Shown: positions 37,569 to 38,915 of the stretch, in pieces
Position numbering within the stretch: position 1 is the first letter of the stretch
Layout: every line of letters starts with the position of its first letter
NCBI GenBank assembly: GCA_035650035.1
Contig: DASRIK010000246.1
Location: 1-38,915, forward strand
Direction: 5' to 3'
DNA from: Burkholderiales bacterium
Lineage (GTDB): Bacteria; Pseudomonadota; Gammaproteobacteria; Burkholderiales; SG8-41
DNA: 38,915 bases
Notes under the pieces: generated by a model
Seen by the model: only the letters and a program-made list of their open reading frames with translations
Databases searched by the model: none
Told to the model about the DNA's origin: nothing
Made by a program: the position numbers and the translations under genes

Positions 37569-38351
37569 ATGAACGCATTCTTCAACATGGGGCTCGGTGG
37601 TATCGCAATCCTGCTGCTCGTCATCCTGCTCGTATCCGCGATTCGAGTTCTCCGCGAATACGAGCGCGGTGTCGTTTTCATGCTCGGGCGCTTCTACAAA
37701 GTCAAAGGACCGGGTCTCGTACTCGTGATCCCCGCCGTACAGCAGATGGTGCGCGTCGATCTGCGCATCGTCGTGATGGACGTGCCGAGCCAGGACGTGA
37801 TTTCGCGCGACAACGTCTCGGTCAAGGTGAACGCCGTGGTGTATTTCCGGGTGATCGATCCCGACAAAGCGATCATCCAGGTCGCGAATTATTACGAAGC
37901 GACGAGCCAGCTCTCGCAGACCACGCTGCGTGCGGTGCTCGGCAAGCACGAGCTCGACGACATGCTCGCCGAGCGCGAGAAGCTGAACGTCGACATCCAA
38001 CGCATCCTAGACGCGCAGACCGAGGCGTGGGGCATCAAGATCTCGAATGTCGAGATCAAGCACGTGGACATCAATGAAACGATGGTGCGCGCCATCGCGC
38101 AGCAGGCCGAAGCCGAGCGTGCCCGACGCGCGAAGGTGATCCACGCCGAAGGCGAGCAGCAGGCTGCCGAAAAGCTGCTTGAGGCCGCGCGCATGCTCGC
38201 CGAGCAGCCGCAGGCGATGCAGCTGCGCTTTCTTCAGACGCTGTCGTCGATCGCCGGCGACAAGAGCAACACGATCGTATTTCCCGTGCCGGTCGACATG
38301 ATCGGTCCGATCGTGAACGGCCTGGACAAGCTGCGCGAGCGCATGCGCTAA
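37569..38351 (+). CDS. SPFH/band-7 (stomatin-like, slipin) protein
   Basis: It has an N-terminal TM helix, then REYERGVVFMLGRF...VPSQDVISRDNVSVKVNAVVYFRV and a coiled-coil AEAERARRAKVIHAEGEQQAAEKL. AGGAGG precedes the ATG, and it is the classic partner of nfeD. Confidence 0.92.
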   Translation: MNAFFNMGLGGIAILLLVILLVSAIRVLREYERGVVFMLGRFYKVKGPGLVLVIPAVQQMVRVDLRIVVMDVPSQDVISRDNVSVKVNAVVYFRVIDPDKAIIQVANYYEATSQLSQTTLRAVLGKHELDDMLAEREKLNVDIQRILDAQTEAWGIKISNVEIKHVDINETMVRAIAQQAEAERARRAKVIHAEGEQQAAEKLLEAARMLAEQPQAMQLRFLQTLSSIAGDKSNTIVFPVPVDMIGPIVNGLDKLRERMR

Positions 38352-38586
38352 CCGTTCGGCGTAAGGATGTCGTCAGGATCGCCATCCGTTCTTGACAAAC
38401 GTCTCCGCGCGACGACGGCGGCTTGCTTTCCCCCTCTGGCCGGGTATAGGATTACCGCGCCCTGTATCCATAGAAAATGTCGAAGAATTAGAGCGGTGCC
38501 CGACTGGAATAGAGTCGCCGGGTCTGGTTTTTTCCTCCGGGCACGCCTTTGACCTGAGGCCTTACCACCACGTCCTGGAGGAAACA

Positions 38587-38915
38587 ATGTCTAAAAAAGC
38601 TCGCAGTCCCGCATCCGACCAAACAAGCGCATCTCGCAGGAAGTTCCTGGCAGGCACCGCTGCGGCTGCGGCTGTCCCGGTGTTTGCCATGGCTGCCGAA
38701 AAGGCCCCTGAGAAAGCTGCTGCGAAAGCTCCCGAGCCTGCAAAACCCGCCGCGCCCGCCGTCGTTTCCTCCACCGGCGCGCAGAGCATGCGCTGGCAGA
38801 GCACGTGGCCCGCAAAAGATATCTTCCACGAGTACGCGCTCGACTTTGCGAAGAAAGTGAACGACATGACGGGCGGCGACCTCCGCATCGAGGTGCTCCC
38901 CGCCGGTGCCGTGGT
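38587..38915 (+). CDS. TRAP-type transporter periplasmic solute-binding protein (DctP-like, Tat signal), 3'-truncated by the window edge
   Basis: This ORF is not in the ORF track because it has no stop within the window. ATG 38587 follows GGAGG. My translation is MSKKARSPASDQTSASRRKFLAGTAAAAAVPVFA...MRWQSTWPAKDIFHEYALDFAKKVNDMTGGDLRIEVLPAGAVV, with a twin-arginine motif plus a DctP-type N-terminal block. Confidence 0.7.
   Translation, partial: MSKKARSPASDQTSASRRKFLAGTAAAAAVPVFAMAAEKAPEKAAAKAPEPAKPAAPAVVSSTGAQSMRWQSTWPAKDIFHEYALDFAKKVNDMTGGDLRIEVLPAGAV

Noticed and set aside
36087-38351. The NfeD/SPFH pair considered as a candidate novel or defence system
   Set aside because: A long-form NfeD protease plus a stomatin-like SPFH protein is a widely conserved two-gene operon (the STOPP/stomatin and YbbJ/QmcA type). 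There are no associated nucleases, NTPases or other defence hallmarks nearby.

Overview
This is a GC-rich, gene-dense chromosomal window that looks beta-proteobacterial or Burkholderiales-like. That guess is an inference from gene order (dNK-panB-panC, queA-tgt-yajC-secD-secF) and two Bug/TctC solute-binding genes. The left third (1-15.6 kb) is housekeeping: pantothenate synthesis, tRNA-Leu(CAA), queuosine genes, the Sec accessory complex, DedA, thioredoxin-TPR and purB. The middle (16-32.6 kb) is accessory catabolism. It holds an IclR regulator, two orphan TctC binding proteins, an isochorismatase-family hydrolase, a translationally coupled CoxG/FAD/Mo/2Fe-2S hydroxylase operon ending in a UbiD-family decarboxylase, and a lutA/lutB/lutC set interleaved with other genes. 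The right end carries otsBA, a secreted beta-sandwich protein, an NfeD/SPFH pair and the start of a Tat-signal TRAP binding protein. I found no transposase, integrase, CRISPR array or recognisable defence or toxin system. The leads worth following are: a 36-nt tandem array of in-frame ATG...TAG mini-ORFs filling the panB-panC spacer; an interrupted partial copy of tRNA-Leu next to the intact gene; the Mo-hydroxylase + UbiD operon; the split lut cluster with an enolase-superfamily gene remnant; a trypsin-fold/PDZ protein that appears to lack catalytic His and Asp; and a secreted Trp-rich protein with a threefold C-terminal repeat. All family calls rest on motifs read by eye from the translations. 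No database search was possible, so I cannot establish that anything here is novel.
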